From an uncultured Chloroflexia bacterium (GTDB taxonomy: Bacteria > Chloroflexota > Limnocylindria > Limnocylindrales > CSP1-4), in NCBI GenBank assembly GCA_963708065.1, contig CAVPRZ010000006.1:193573-257572 (forward strand): DNA of 64,000 bases, given 5' to 3'. Positions within the stretch are counted from its first letter, which is position 1. Each line of letters begins with the position of its first letter. Below, one piece after another: positions 9,708 through 20,025 of this stretch. Under the pieces are notes generated by a model. It had not been told where the DNA came from. It made no database searches and saw only the letters and a list, made by a program, of their open reading frames with translations. A program made the translations under genes and the position numbers.

Positions 9708-10774
9708 CTGCCACCGTTCCCGCCGTGGCGGCAACCGGCCGCAGTGTCGCCGTGCAGTTCGAGGACATGCATCGCTGGTACGGCTCGGTCCACGCCCTCG
9801 ACGGCCTGTCGATCGACATCGCCCCCGGCGAGCTGGTGGCGCTACTCGGGCCGTCCGGATGCGGCAAGACGACCGCTCTCCGGGCGCTGGGAGGGCTCGA
9901 CGTGGTCGATGCCGGCCGTATCCTCGTCGACGGCCGGGACGTCTCCCACATCCCCGCCAACAAGCGGAACATGGGGATCGTGTTCCAGGCGTACAGCCTG
10001 TTCCCCAACATGACGGCCGGCGACAACGTCGCGTACGGCCTGCGGCTCCGGGGGACCGGGCGCGACGAGCGCCGGAAGCGGGCGAGCGAGATGCTCGAGC
10101 TCGTCGGCCTCGGCGGTTTCGGCGACCGCTACCCGCACCAGCTGTCGGGCGGGCAGCAGCAGCGCGTCGCCCTCGCCCGGGCGCTGGCCATCGAGCCCGA
10201 GGTGCTCCTCCTCGACGAGCCACTGTCGGCCCTCGACGCCAAGGTCCGGCGCCAGCTCCGCGAGGAGATCCGGCGGATCCAGATCGCGGTCGGCACCACG
10301 ACGCTCTTCGTCACCCACGACCAGGAGGAGGCGCTGGCGATGGGCGACCGGGTCGGCGTCATGTCGGCCGGTCGCCTCGAGCAGATCGCGCCACCGGCCG
10401 AGCTCTACGACCGCCCCAGGACGCGCTTCGTAGCCGAGTTCGTGGGGTTGACCAACCGGATCAACGGTACGGCCGCCGCCGGCGTCGTGAACGTCTTCGG
10501 GACGAACGTGCCGCTGCTCGAGGGCTCGGCAGAGGCAGGACCGGTGCAGGCGCTCGTCCGGCCCGAGAACGTGCACCTCTCTCCAGCCGAGGATGGCGCG
10601 GCCCGCGTGGTGGCCGTGAGCTTCCTGGGCTCGCTGTGCCGTGCTCAGGTGACGCTGCCCGACGGGACGCTGGTGGTCGCCCAGATGTCGGCCGCCGAAG
10701 CGAGCGGGCTCTACCCGGGCGCCGCCGTCAGCATCGGCGTTGCGCCGGCTCCGGTGTTCGCCGTCGCCGACTGA
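9704..10774 (+). CDS. ABC transporter ATP-binding protein (PotA/FbpC-like)
   Basis: ATG 9704 overlaps the upstream stop (ATGA). Walker A GPSGCGKTT, signature LSGGQQQRVALARAL and Walker B LLLDEPLSALD are present, with a C-terminal TOBE-like domain. Confidence 0.9.
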   Translation: MTATVPAVAATGRSVAVQFEDMHRWYGSVHALDGLSIDIAPGELVALLGPSGCGKTTALRALGGLDVVDAGRILVDGRDVSHIPANKRNMGIVFQAYSLFPNMTAGDNVAYGLRLRGTGRDERRKRASEMLELVGLGGFGDRYPHQLSGGQQQRVALARALAIEPEVLLLDEPLSALDAKVRRQLREEIRRIQIAVGTTTLFVTHDQEEALAMGDRVGVMSAGRLEQIAPPAELYDRPRTRFVAEFVGLTNRINGTAAAGVVNVFGTNVPLLEGSAEAGPVQALVRPENVHLSPAEDGAARVVAVSFLGSLCRAQVTLPDGTLVVAQMSAAEASGLYPGAAVSIGVAPAPVFAVAD

Positions 10775-10849
10775 GGCAGCCGTCGCGCGCGGCACTCGCC
10801 CGCCGGTCGTCGTCGACCCTTCGATCGCCCCGCCCGAGGTCTCGGCTCC

Positions 10850-12214
10850 ATGACGAAGATCACAGAAGCGGCCCGGACCGTCGACGTCGTCCACGAAACC
10901 GACGTCCTCGTCGTCGGAAGCGGCCCGGGCGGTTTGTCCGCGGCGCTCGCAGCGGCGCGGGCCGGTGCCGCCACGACGCTGCTTGACCGCTACGGCTGCT
11001 TCGGCGGGAACATGACCCAGGTCGGCGTCGAGAGCATCGGCTGGTATCGCCACGAACAGACGGTTGAGGCGAACGGGATCGGCCGAGAGCTCGAGGAGCG
11101 GGCGGCCGCGATGGGCGCAGCGAACCCCGAGAGCCAGTCGCTGAGCATGGGCATCGACGGCGAGCGCTTCAAGTTCGTCGCCGACATCCTCGTGACCGAG
11201 GCCGGCATCACCCCGATGCTCCACCGCCTCGCCGTGCAGCCCATCGTCGAGGACGGGGCGATCCGGGGCGTGATCACCGAGAGCAAGTCCGGCCGCGAGG
11301 CAGTGCTCGCGAAGCGGGTCGTCGACGCCACAGGCGACGCCGACATGGCGGCCCGGGCGGGCGCCCCGGTGCGCAAGACGCCCCGCGAGGAGATGCTCGC
11401 GGCGTCGGTGATGTTCTCGATGACCGGCGTGAACAAGCGCCGGTTCCTCGAGGAGGTCAAGGCGGATCCGCAGACGTACCGCGACTGGGCGGGCAACGCC
11501 GAGTGGAACATCGAGACCACAGGCAAGGAGGATGAGCTCTTCTCGCCGTTCCTCCGCAAGCCCTTCAAGAAAGCCGTGGAGGCAGGGCTCATCCCGCCCA
11601 ACCTGATCACGCTCGCCGGGACGTGGGGGACGATCACCGACCAGGGCGACCTCACGTACCTCAACCTCGTGCACCTGGGCGAGGTGGACGGCACGAACGC
11701 GGATGACCTCACCCGCGGCGAGATCGAGGGCCGCCAGCAGGCGATGCAGGCGATCAAGGCCCTGCGGGCGTTCATGCCGGGCTGCGAGGACGCCAGGCTC
11801 CGAAACTTCGGGATGACCATCGGGATCCGCGACACGCGCAAGATCGAGGCGCTCTACGACCTGACCGGCGACGACGTCCGCGAGCAGGGCCGGTTCGAGG
11901 ACTCGATCGGGATCTTCCCCGAGTTCATCGACGGCTACGGGATCCTCATCCTGCCCACGACCGGCCGCTACTACCAGGTGCCGTACCGCTCGCTCGTGCC
12001 CAGGAAGGTCGGGAACCTGATCGTTGCCGGGCGGTCCATCGGCGGCGACAAGGTTTCCCATGCGTCGACCCGCAACATGATGTGCTGCACGGTCAGCGGC
12101 CAGGGTGCGGGCGCCGCCGCGGCCGTCTCCGTACGGTCCAATGAGGCGTTCGACCGACTCGACGTCCGGCTGGTCCAGGACGAGCTCCTCCGGCAGGGCG
12201 TCCGGATCCAATGA
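10850..12214 (+). CDS. FAD-dependent oxidoreductase (FAD_oxidored/GidA-like fold family)
   Basis: 454-aa ORF. Dinucleotide-binding motif DVLVVGSGPGGLSAALAAARAG, with VVDATGDADMAA and GRSIGGDKVSHASTRNM. It lies directly downstream of the ABC importer. Confidence 0.8.
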   Translation: MTKITEAARTVDVVHETDVLVVGSGPGGLSAALAAARAGAATTLLDRYGCFGGNMTQVGVESIGWYRHEQTVEANGIGRELEERAAAMGAANPESQSLSMGIDGERFKFVADILVTEAGITPMLHRLAVQPIVEDGAIRGVITESKSGREAVLAKRVVDATGDADMAARAGAPVRKTPREEMLAASVMFSMTGVNKRRFLEEVKADPQTYRDWAGNAEWNIETTGKEDELFSPFLRKPFKKAVEAGLIPPNLITLAGTWGTITDQGDLTYLNLVHLGEVDGTNADDLTRGEIEGRQQAMQAIKALRAFMPGCEDARLRNFGMTIGIRDTRKIEALYDLTGDDVREQGRFEDSIGIFPEFIDGYGILILPTTGRYYQVPYRSLVPRKVGNLIVAGRSIGGDKVSHASTRNMMCCTVSGQGAGAAAAVSVRSNEAFDRLDVRLVQDELLRQGVRIQ

Positions 12215-12250
12215 CGGCTGATCGCGACCGATGACGGCTGATCGCGGCCG
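12211..12250. repeat. 20-bp tandem duplication spanning the stop codon of the FAD oxidoreductase gene
   Basis: ATGACGGCTGATCGCGACCG (12211..12230) is followed directly by ATGACGGCTGATCGCGGCCG (12231..12250), matching at 19 of 20 positions. Confidence 0.9.
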
Positions 12251-12280
12251 ACCTCGACCGGGCCTGGGCGTGGCTGCGGC

Positions 12281-13027
12281 TTGACCGATTCCGCAGATCC
12301 GTCGGCCGCAGCGAAGACGAGCTTCGACGGGATCGAGCTGGTCGTCTTCGACAAGGACGGCACGCTCATCGACTTCGACACGATGTGGAGCGACTGGTCG
12401 AGCACGCTCGTCCGGGACGTCGCGGCCGCGACCGATCCCAGCCTCGAGAACCCGCTCGCCGACGCCCTGGGTCTCGATCCCGCCACCGCCCGGATCATCC
12501 CCGGGAGCCCGCTGGCGGCGACCCCCATGGGCCACCTGCGCGACCTGACCGTGGACACGCTCCGCCGGGCAGGGCTGTCGCCGACCGTCGCCGAGGCGGC
12601 CGTCGCCAACGCCTGGGACCCACCCGATCCCGTGGCGCTGGCGCATCCGCTGACGGACCTCGGGCAGCTGCTCGGCGACCTCAGGGCCCGGGGCATGCGG
12701 GTGGCAGTGGCGACGTCGGACGACCGTGCCCCGACCGAGGCCACCCTGGCCGGCCTGGAGATCGACTCGCTCGTGGACGCGATCGTCTGCGCCGACGACG
12801 GGCTGCCGATCAAGCCCGCCCCGGACGCCGTGCTCCACCTGTGCCAGCTGCTCGGCGTCGCCCCGGCGCGGACGGCGGTGATCGGCGACTCGCAGGCCGA
12901 CGTCGCGATGGGTCGCGCGGCCGGGGCGGGCCTCGTCATCGGCGTCCTGTCCGGGGTCGGCGTCCACGACGAGCTCGAGCCGTTCGCCGACGCGATCGTG
13001 TCCTCGATCGCCGACCTGCTGCCCTAG
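12281..13027 (+). CDS. HAD-superfamily hydrolase (subfamily IA, phosphoglycolate-phosphatase-like)
   Basis: Motif I VVFDKDGTLIDFD, motif II VAVATSD and motif IV VIGDSQADVAMG are present. TTG start is taken from the ORF track, and no clear RBS is visible, so the start is uncertain. Confidence 0.75.
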   Translation: MTDSADPSAAAKTSFDGIELVVFDKDGTLIDFDTMWSDWSSTLVRDVAAATDPSLENPLADALGLDPATARIIPGSPLAATPMGHLRDLTVDTLRRAGLSPTVAEAAVANAWDPPDPVALAHPLTDLGQLLGDLRARGMRVAVATSDDRAPTEATLAGLEIDSLVDAIVCADDGLPIKPAPDAVLHLCQLLGVAPARTAVIGDSQADVAMGRAAGAGLVIGVLSGVGVHDELEPFADAIVSSIADLLP

Positions 13028-13085
13028 TACCGGCGAGTCCGCGCCGCCCGCCCGGGTCTGCGTCCCGCGCCGCCCGCCGCCGACC

Positions 13086-13310
13086 CTGTCAGATGCACAT
13101 CACGCGAGCATTGGTCAGCGCGGACCCCGCCCCGAGGAGTGGTTCCGGCTCCGATCCGTGACAGGCGCTCACCACGCGTGCACCTGTCACGACTCGGGCC
13201 CAACGCCCCGGACGAACGACCGTGTGGCGTGCACGTGACACGACGCGAGCCGGCAATCGCGCCCAACGACCGTGTGGCGTGCAGGTGACACGACGCGAGC
13301 CACGCGGACA
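13086..13310. repeat. intergenic array of 4 related 30-36-nt elements with internal dyad symmetry (two near-identical copies, period 50 bp)
   Basis: 13215..13250 and 13265..13300 are AACGACCGTGTGGCGTGCA(C/G)GTGACACGACGCGAGC, matching at 35 of 36 positions. Degenerate copies lie around 13158..13200 (GTGACAGG-N17-CCTGTCAC hairpin, core GCGTGCACCTGTCACGACTCGGGCC) and around 13086..13119 (GATGCACATCACGCGAGCA). The array lies between convergent genes. Confidence 0.8.
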
Positions 13311-13335
13311 TCCGCCCGCCGTCGGCGACCCGGCG

Positions 13336-13983
13336 TCAGGCGATCCGCTCGCCGGCCCGGATCGGCAGGTCGATCCGGTTCTCGGGCGGTGCCAGCGGAC
13401 AGGCCCAGCGGGGATCGAAGGCGCACGATGGCTGGTAGGCGAAGTTGAAGTCGAGGATCAGGGTCCCTCGCTCCGGGTCGCCACCGAGGTCGGCGCCCTT
13501 CGCCGCGTCGAGCAGGTAGCGACCCGCGCCGTACGTCTCGACGCCGTTCGTCGCGTCGCGGAAGGCCAGGAACAGGCCTCCCGCGTAGCCCTCCATCCAG
13601 AAGACGCTCAGCCGTCGCTCGCCGGCCGCGAACGGGATTGCGACGCTCCCGATCCGGTGGAACGACAGGACCTCGGAGCCGCTGTTCGGCAGGGCCAGCG
13701 GTAGCGGTGCCAGGCCGCCCGGGACCGGCGGCGGCTCGGGCTTGAGCTCGACCTCGAACCGGAGCGCCGGATCGTACGGCCAGTGGCGGGCCCGAAAGCC
13801 AGCGCGCTCGGCGGCCGGCACGGGCGACTGCGGGTGCGTCCGATAGAGCTCCTCCCGCGTGGCGACCCAGTGCCTCCATGCGGCCGCGGGGTCGGTCTGC
13901 GCCATGCGCCGGACCTCGGCGTACAGCTCGGCGACCCGTCGTCGCCAGTCGGCCAGCTCCAGCTCCGAGGGTCCGCCGGTCAT
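13336..13983 (-). CDS. DUF1684 domain-containing protein
   Basis: 215-aa ORF with RFEVEL..., FRDATNGVETYGAGRYL and LDFNFAYQPSCAFDPRWACPLAPPENR, which I recognise as the DUF1684 signature. Confidence 0.8.
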   Translation of the reverse strand: MTGGPSELELADWRRRVAELYAEVRRMAQTDPAAAWRHWVATREELYRTHPQSPVPAAERAGFRARHWPYDPALRFEVELKPEPPPVPGGLAPLPLALPNSGSEVLSFHRIGSVAIPFAAGERRLSVFWMEGYAGGLFLAFRDATNGVETYGAGRYLLDAAKGADLGGDPERGTLILDFNFAYQPSCAFDPRWACPLAPPENRIDLPIRAGERIA

Positions 13984-14059
13984 GCGTCGAGTATCGGCTC
14001 GCGGGCGGGATGCCGTCTACGATGGACGCCGGCGTCGGACGGGCGGAGGAGGTCGGAGC

Positions 14060-14908
14060 GTGGCGGGTCAGGCGGAGATCGGGGTGATCGGCGGGTCGGG
14101 CTTCTACTCCCTGCTCGACGAAGTGCGCGAGATCAAGGTCGACACCCCGTACGGCCCGCCGTCCGACAGCGTCTTCCTGGCCGATGTCGGGGGGCGCTCC
14201 GTCGCCTTCCTGCCCCGCCACGGCCGGCGCCACACGATCCCGCCCCACCGGATCAACTACCGGGCGAACGTCTGGGCGATGAAGGCCCTCGGGGTCCGGG
14301 CGGTCATCAGCCCATGCGCGGCGGGCAGCCTCCAGCCGGGCGTCGCGCCGGGCGACTTCGTCGTGTGCGACCAGTTCGTGGATCGGACCAGCGGCCGCGT
14401 CGACACCTTCTACGACGGCCCGATCGTGAGCCACGTCAGCTCCGCGGAGATCTACGACCCGGAGCTGCGCCGGATCGCGATCGAGGTCATCCGCGAGCAC
14501 GAGATTCCGGTCCACGAGCGGGGGACGATCGTCGTCATCCAGGGGCCGCGGTTCTCGACGAAGAGCGAGTCGCGCTGGTTCAGCGACGCCGGCTGGGAGG
14601 TCATCAGCATGACCCAGTACCCCGAGGCGTACCTGTGCCGTGAGCTCGGGATGGCCGTCGTCAACATCAGCCTGATCACCGACTACGACGCGGGGGTCCT
14701 GGAGGGCACGGAGGCGGTCAACGCGAAGAGCGTGCTCGAGGTCTTCGAGCTCAATGCCGCCCGGATCCAGAAGGTCGTGCTCGAGATGATCCGGCGGTTC
14801 CCGGCCGATCTCGAGGCGCTCGGTGCCGGCGACATGCTCGAGTTCACCCGCGGCGACGGCCACGCGACGTCGCCCGAGGACATCCGGCTGTTCGAGACCG
14901 GGCTGTGA
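14060..14908 (+). CDS. mtnP: S-methyl-5'-thioadenosine phosphorylase
   Basis: GGAGGAGG at 14045..14052 precedes GTG 14060. Motifs IGVIGGSGFY, FLPRHGRRHTIPPHRINYRAN and ISMTQYPEAYLCRELGM are typical of the MTAP/PNP family. Confidence 0.9.
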   Translation: MAGQAEIGVIGGSGFYSLLDEVREIKVDTPYGPPSDSVFLADVGGRSVAFLPRHGRRHTIPPHRINYRANVWAMKALGVRAVISPCAAGSLQPGVAPGDFVVCDQFVDRTSGRVDTFYDGPIVSHVSSAEIYDPELRRIAIEVIREHEIPVHERGTIVVIQGPRFSTKSESRWFSDAGWEVISMTQYPEAYLCRELGMAVVNISLITDYDAGVLEGTEAVNAKSVLEVFELNAARIQKVVLEMIRRFPADLEALGAGDMLEFTRGDGHATSPEDIRLFETGL

Positions 14909-15780
14909 CGACGGGACCGACGCCCGCTGGATCGTCGGCGCCCGACCGGCTTCCGATCGGGGTCTCGATCCGGACGATCCGGGCGACCCCGGACTGGTGG
15001 CTCGACAGCGCCCGCCGGCTCGACAAGGCGGGTTACGGCGGAATCTGGGCGTGGGACCACTTCGTCGGCAAGGGCGACCGGACGGTCCCCGTCGTCGAGT
15101 GCTGGACCGTCCTCAGCGCGGCCGCTGCGATCACCCGCGGGGTCACCGTCGGCAGCTTCGTCATCAACGTCATGAACCGGCACCCGGCCGTCCTGGCCCG
15201 GATGGCGACGACGCTCCAGACGATCAGCGCCGGCCGGCTCGTCCTGGGGATCGGGATCGGCGGCCACCCCGCCGAGCACCGCGCCCTGGGCATCGCGTTC
15301 CCCGATGCCGAAGAGCGCGTCGCCCGGATGGAGGAGGCGATCGCCGTGCTGCGGGCCATCTGGAGCGGCGGTCCGGTCACCCGGCCCTCGCCGTTCTACC
15401 CGCTCGACGATGCCGTCGTCAGCGTCGGGCCGTACCCGCCACCACCGATCGTGATCGGCGCCGAGACGGCCCGGGGCGCGCAGATCGCGGCCCGGACGGC
15501 CGACGGCTGGACGGCCTTCGAGCGCCAGTTCGAGGCGCACCTGCCGGCCTACCTGGAGGCGCTCGCGGAGGCCGGACGCGACCGGGCCGACCAGCGCCTC
15601 TACGTCAGCTTCGAGGGCACGGACTGGCTGAGCGACGAGCGGCTCGCGGAATCCGACTGGCTGCGATCCCCGCGGGAGACCTGGGCCCGCTGGCGGGAGC
15701 TGGGCGCCGACGGCGCGATCGTCACGGTCCGCACGACCGAGGACGTCGACGCCCTCGTCCGGGCCGCCGACCGGTGGTGA
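14905..15780 (+). CDS. LLM-class (probable F420-dependent) oxidoreductase
   Basis: GTG 14905 overlaps the mtnP stop (GTGA). GIWAWDHF, NVMNRHPAVLARMATTL and LGIGIGGHPAEH are luciferase-like monooxygenase family signatures. Confidence 0.8.
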   Translation: MTTGPTPAGSSAPDRLPIGVSIRTIRATPDWWLDSARRLDKAGYGGIWAWDHFVGKGDRTVPVVECWTVLSAAAAITRGVTVGSFVINVMNRHPAVLARMATTLQTISAGRLVLGIGIGGHPAEHRALGIAFPDAEERVARMEEAIAVLRAIWSGGPVTRPSPFYPLDDAVVSVGPYPPPPIVIGAETARGAQIAARTADGWTAFERQFEAHLPAYLEALAEAGRDRADQRLYVSFEGTDWLSDERLAESDWLRSPRETWARWRELGADGAIVTVRTTEDVDALVRAADRW

Positions 15781-15862
15781 AGGGCGGTTCGCCGGTCCGC
15801 CGAGCCTCGCCCGCGCCGACCCGCGGCCGGGGCTCAGACGCCGTCCGTGGCACCATGAGCGG

Positions 15863-16339
15863 GTGACCCCGCCAGCGCCCCTCGCCGCCACCGAGCTGAC
15901 CCAGGGCTGCGTCCGTTGCGGCGCGACCGTCCCGCTCGGGACGTCGATGTGCGACAACTGCAACCCGCTCGGGCTCAAGCAGCCGGCGCCGAGCCAGGCG
16001 CACGGGACGGTCTTCCTCGGAGTCGTCGTCGCCGTCGTCGCGTTGGCGATCCTGGGCCGCTTCGCGCTCAACGGGATCGGCCCGTTCAGGGGCCAGGTCG
16101 GGAACATCGTGGCCGTCCCGCCAGGACTGGCCGTCACCCTCACCGTCACGAACCTCGGGACCACGGCCGGCTCGACGACCTGTCGGATCTACGACCCGGG
16201 CAGCGCGGGAATCGGGCCCGATGCCGCCTTCATCGTCAGCCCGCGGATCGACCCCGGTCTGACGGTCTCGTTCTCCAAGGAGGTCACCGAGCTCGGGAGC
16301 ACCGTGCGGCCGCTCGCCGTCGAGTGCACCGGTCCGTGA
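15863..16339 (+). CDS. hypothetical membrane protein with N-terminal zinc-ribbon (CxxC-x10-CxxC)
   Basis: GC3-rich 158-aa ORF. It has CVRCGATVPLGTSMCDNC, then one TM segment (VFLGVVVAVVALAILG) and a beta-rich ectodomain. Its stop overlaps the next gene's GTG (GTGA). Confidence 0.55.
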   Translation: MTPPAPLAATELTQGCVRCGATVPLGTSMCDNCNPLGLKQPAPSQAHGTVFLGVVVAVVALAILGRFALNGIGPFRGQVGNIVAVPPGLAVTLTVTNLGTTAGSTTCRIYDPGSAGIGPDAAFIVSPRIDPGLTVSFSKEVTELGSTVRPLAVECTGP

Positions 16340-17127
16340 CGGCCGGGAGCTACACGACCGAGCTGGCGTTTGCCGCGGAGCTGGCGGCGCAGGCCGGCGA
16401 GCTCCTCGTCGATCGACTCGGGCACGTCGAGTCGGTCCGCCACAAGAGCCCCAAGGACGTCGTGACCGAGGTCGACCACCTGAGCGAGGCGCTCATCCTC
16501 GATGCCGTCCGGGAGGCCTTCCCGGACGACGGGGCACTGGCCGAGGAGTCCGGCCAGGCGACGGGGCGGAGCGGCCGGGTGTGGGTCGTCGACCCGCTCG
16601 ACGGCACGATCAACTACGCCAACGGCATCCCGATCTTCTGCGTCTCGATCGGCCTGGTCGTCGATGGCGTCCCGTCGGTCGGGGTCGTGCGGGATCCCGT
16701 CCGCGGCGAGACGTTCGCGGCCACGGCCGACGGCGCGGCCACCCTCGACGGACGGCCCATCCGGAGCAGCTCGAAGGACCTGCTGTCCGACTTCGTCATC
16801 GCCCTGACGATCGACGGCGCGCGCCTGTCCGAGCGCCTGGCGGCGATCCGCGACGCGATCCGGGTGACCCGCCGACTGGGCTCGTCGGCGCTCGCCCTCG
16901 CCTACGTCGGTGCCGGCCGGTTCGACGCGTTCGCCCAGACCCACGGCCTGTCGGCCTGGGACGTCGCGGCGGCCGGGCTCGTCGCCGAGCGCGCCGGAGC
17001 GACCCTGACCGACGCGACCGGTGGCCCCTGGTTCGACATCGGGCGCGGGACCAGGACGTTCGGCATCGTCGCCGCTCCGCCGGCGCACCACGCCCGTCTC
17101 CTGGAGCTGGCCCGGGCGCCGGCCTGA
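16336..17127 (+). CDS. inositol monophosphatase family protein (SuhB/ImpA-like)
   Basis: Motifs EESG, WVVDPLDGTINYANG and WDVAAAGLVAERAGA are present. GTG 16336 overlaps the upstream stop. Confidence 0.85.
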   Translation: MTAGSYTTELAFAAELAAQAGELLVDRLGHVESVRHKSPKDVVTEVDHLSEALILDAVREAFPDDGALAEESGQATGRSGRVWVVDPLDGTINYANGIPIFCVSIGLVVDGVPSVGVVRDPVRGETFAATADGAATLDGRPIRSSSKDLLSDFVIALTIDGARLSERLAAIRDAIRVTRRLGSSALALAYVGAGRFDAFAQTHGLSAWDVAAAGLVAERAGATLTDATGGPWFDIGRGTRTFGIVAAPPAHHARLLELARAPA

Positions 17128-17248
17128 GCCCGACCGAGACCGTGCCGTCAGCCGTCAGCGCAGCCGCACCGGTGCCGCAGCCCCCTCAGGACCGTCTCAG
17201 GGGAGCCGACCAGAGTTGGCAGGTTCAGCCAGCACGGGGACCGCACCG

Positions 17249-18427
17249 ATGACGCCACCAGGCGACCGTTCCGACCAGCCGACCGAGCGCGGGATCGGGG
17301 GCGGACGCAGGCGGCGCGGGCTCCAGTCGGGACCGCCGCCGGTCTCCCGCCGCGGGCTGGTCCTCGTCGGGCTCCTCGGCGGGCTCGCCCTCATCGTCTC
17401 GGGAGCGGCCCTCGTCCTGACCTTGACCCGGCCGACGCCCACCGCCGAGGGATCGTGCCGGCTGGTCGCCTGGGACGCGCTGCCCGCCGGCAGCGCGCTC
17501 CCGCCGGGCTGGACGATCAGCGCGAGCGGCTTCTACACCGACGGGTACGGCGCCTCGTTCACCGGCCCCGCTGCGTCCGGGACCCAGGCTGCGACGCCGG
17601 CCATGAACGTCCGGGTGAGCTGCTACGGGACCGACGGCCACGCGGCGATCGTGCGCTCCCACAGCTCGGATCTCGCCCTGGGCGGGACCGACACGCCCTT
17701 CGCCGACCTCGGCGACGAGGCGGTCGCGACCGTCGATGCGAGCGGCACGACGACGTCGGTCTACGTCCGCGACGGCCAGCTCGTCGCGTCGATCGCGGCC
17801 CAGGGGATGTCACCCGACGACCTTGAGCAGGCGGCCGCGGCGATCGACGACGCCATGGCCTCGGCGGAGGCGTCGGCGGCGGAGAGCGCGCCGGCGGGAC
17901 CCACCGCCGCCGGCGTGGCAACGGTCCCGTCGGCCCCGCCCTCGGAGGAGCCCACGCCCACCCCGACGGACGCCCACGCGTTCGCCGACCTGGAGGCTCT
18001 CCTGCCCTCGACCGTCGATGGGACCCCGATGTCGACCCAGAGCACGACGGCGTCCGATGCCCTGTCGGGTGACCCGTCCGGGGACGCCCTGCTCCAATGG
18101 CTGACCGCCGCCGGCAAGGCGCCCACCGACCTCGAGATCGCCGCGGCCTACGACCCGACCTCGACGGTGGACGCGGACTTCACGGCGTTCCGGGTCAAGG
18201 GGATTGCCGCCGCCGACCTGCGCCAGGCGGTTCTCGAGAGCTGGCTCGGAGCCACCGGCTCGGGGATCACGACGACGAACAAGACGATCGGCGGCAAGGC
18301 CGTCGTGGCGATCGACTACGCGGACGGGGGCGCCCTGGACTACGTGTACGAGCAGGGCGACGTGGTCGTCATCCTGTCGTCGTCGGACCCCGCCCTCGTC
18401 GCACGGATCCTGTCCGGGGTCAAGTAG
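17249..18427 (+). CDS. hypothetical membrane-anchored secreted protein
   Basis: ATG 17249 (MTPPGDRSDQ...), one TM segment (GLVLVGLLGGLALIVSGAALVL), then two Ala/Thr/Asp-rich globular halves joined by a Pro-rich linker. Codon usage looks coding. I recognise no family. Confidence 0.55.
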   Translation: MTPPGDRSDQPTERGIGGGRRRRGLQSGPPPVSRRGLVLVGLLGGLALIVSGAALVLTLTRPTPTAEGSCRLVAWDALPAGSALPPGWTISASGFYTDGYGASFTGPAASGTQAATPAMNVRVSCYGTDGHAAIVRSHSSDLALGGTDTPFADLGDEAVATVDASGTTTSVYVRDGQLVASIAAQGMSPDDLEQAAAAIDDAMASAEASAAESAPAGPTAAGVATVPSAPPSEEPTPTPTDAHAFADLEALLPSTVDGTPMSTQSTTASDALSGDPSGDALLQWLTAAGKAPTDLEIAAAYDPTSTVDADFTAFRVKGIAAADLRQAVLESWLGATGSGITTTNKTIGGKAVVAIDYADGGALDYVYEQGDVVVILSSSDPALVARILSGVK

Positions 18428-18443
18428 CCCGCCCTCCCCCCGC

Positions 18444-19335
18444 TCAGTCGACCTCGCCGAGCCAGCGGTGCGGCCGGGATCGCAGCCGGGCCAGCCCGAT
18501 CTCGTCGCAGAACGCGATCCAGCGCTCCCGCGGGGCGCCCCGCCAGCGGAGCTCGTCGACGGTTCGCTCGGGCAGCGGCGCGTCGGTCCGGAGCCGGGCC
18601 AGCGTCCGGTACAGGAGGACCTCGTCGCGCCGCTCGCGGAGCGTGGCGGCGAGATTGACCGCGCCGCGGACGGGAACGTCCCAGTCGGACGCCCTGACCG
18701 GGATCGCCTCGAGCGAGCCGTACCGGCGGAGGACCGCCGCCGCCGACTTCGCGCCCCAGCCGGGCAACCCGGGGTAGCCGTCGGCCGCGTCGCCGACCAG
18801 CGCGAGCAGGTCCGGGATCGACGCCGGCTCGACCCCCCACTTCTCGACGACCCCGGCCCGGTCGTAGGTCAGCCGGCGGCGGCGGTCGAGGAGCACCACC
18901 CGCTGCGTCCCGGACGCACTGGGCGAGGTCCTTGTCGGGCGAGCAGATGATCACCTGGTCCACCTCGGGCTCGTCGGCCCAGCGGGCGACGGCGGTCGCG
19001 ATCGCGTCGTCGGCCTCGTGGGCGACCATCGGCCAGAGCCGGATCCCGAGCGCCTCGATCGCGGCCTCGGCGATCGGGAACTGGGCCATGAGCGCAGGGT
19101 CGACCCCGGCCCCGGTCTTGTAGCCGGCGTAGAGGTCGTTCCGGAACGACTCGATCACCCGGTCGGTCGCCGCCCCGAGATGGGTCGCCCCCTCGTCGCG
19201 CAGGATCGACAGGAGGTTCTCGACGAGCCCCCACGTCGCGCTCAGGTCGCGCCCGTCAGCGGCCAGGACCGGCGGGCGCGGCGCGAAGAACGCGCGGAAC
19301 AGCTCGTAGGTCGCATCGACGAGGTGGAGGCGCAT
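18444..19335 (-). CDS. 5'-3' exonuclease (FEN/Pol I N-terminal-domain family); frameshifted near 18906 as sequenced
   Basis: The N-terminus MRLHLVDATYELFRAFFA...EADDAIAT...SPDKDLAQCVRD (ORF 18340..19335) continues in ORF 18444..18899 as QRVVLLDRRRRLTYDRAGVVEKWGV...IPDLLALVGDAADGYPGLPGWG (H3TH region). Confidence 0.8.
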
Positions 19336-19392
19336 CGGACGGTCCGGTTGGGCGTTCGGTCGCGGTGGGCTGCCGGTGACTCGGCGTCCCGC

Positions 19393-20025
19393 TCAGCCGC
19401 CGGCCCGCGTCCCGTGCCCGTTCGTCGGGGCGGGCACCGCCGCGACCGGATGCGTCTCGTCGCCGGCCGTCGCAGCGCCGGCTCGCTGGCTCTCGACGAG
19501 GACCTTGAGCCGCTCGAGGTCGGCCTGGAAGATCCGGCCGAGGATCGGGGCCTGGACGAGGGACCCGAGGTTGGGCAGCACCGGCGGGACGAGCGTCTCG
19601 GCCCATTCGATCCGCGTCCGCCGTCCGCCGTCGAGCGTGTCCAGCGTGATCAGCCCGCTCCCGCTGAACGAGCCCAGGTGGCGGATCGCAAAGCGGTGCG
19701 GCGGCGCGAACTCGACGATCTCGACCGGATCGTCGACCGAGATCCCGAGGATCCGGACCCGCCCGTCGGCCCGCGTCCCGACCCCGATCGGGCCGGGCGT
19801 TGAGATCCGGACCGACGTGAGATCGGTCATCCAGTCGGGCTGGCGCTCGACGTCGGCGAGCCGCTCCCAGACCTCGTCGATCGGCGCGTCGATCTCGATC
19901 CTCGACCGGATCGGGACCCGGACCGGCTGACCGGCCTCGTCGACGGCCAGCCCGCCGAGCCAGCGGTCGAGGAGGACCGCCGCGGCGACGCTCCCGAGCG
20001 CGGACAGCACGGTTCGACGGATCAT
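19393..20025 (-). CDS. SRPBCC (START/polyketide-cyclase-like) family protein with N-terminal signal/anchor
   Basis: ATG 20025 overlaps the pncA stop (ATGA). MIRRTVLSALGSVAAAVLL is followed by IEIDAPIDEVWERLADVERQPDWM, which is SRPBCC-like. Confidence 0.7.
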   Translation of the reverse strand: MIRRTVLSALGSVAAAVLLDRWLGGLAVDEAGQPVRVPIRSRIEIDAPIDEVWERLADVERQPDWMTDLTSVRISTPGPIGVGTRADGRVRILGISVDDPVEIVEFAPPHRFAIRHLGSFSGSGLITLDTLDGGRRTRIEWAETLVPPVLPNLGSLVQAPILGRIFQADLERLKVLVESQRAGAATAGDETHPVAAVPAPTNGHGTRAGG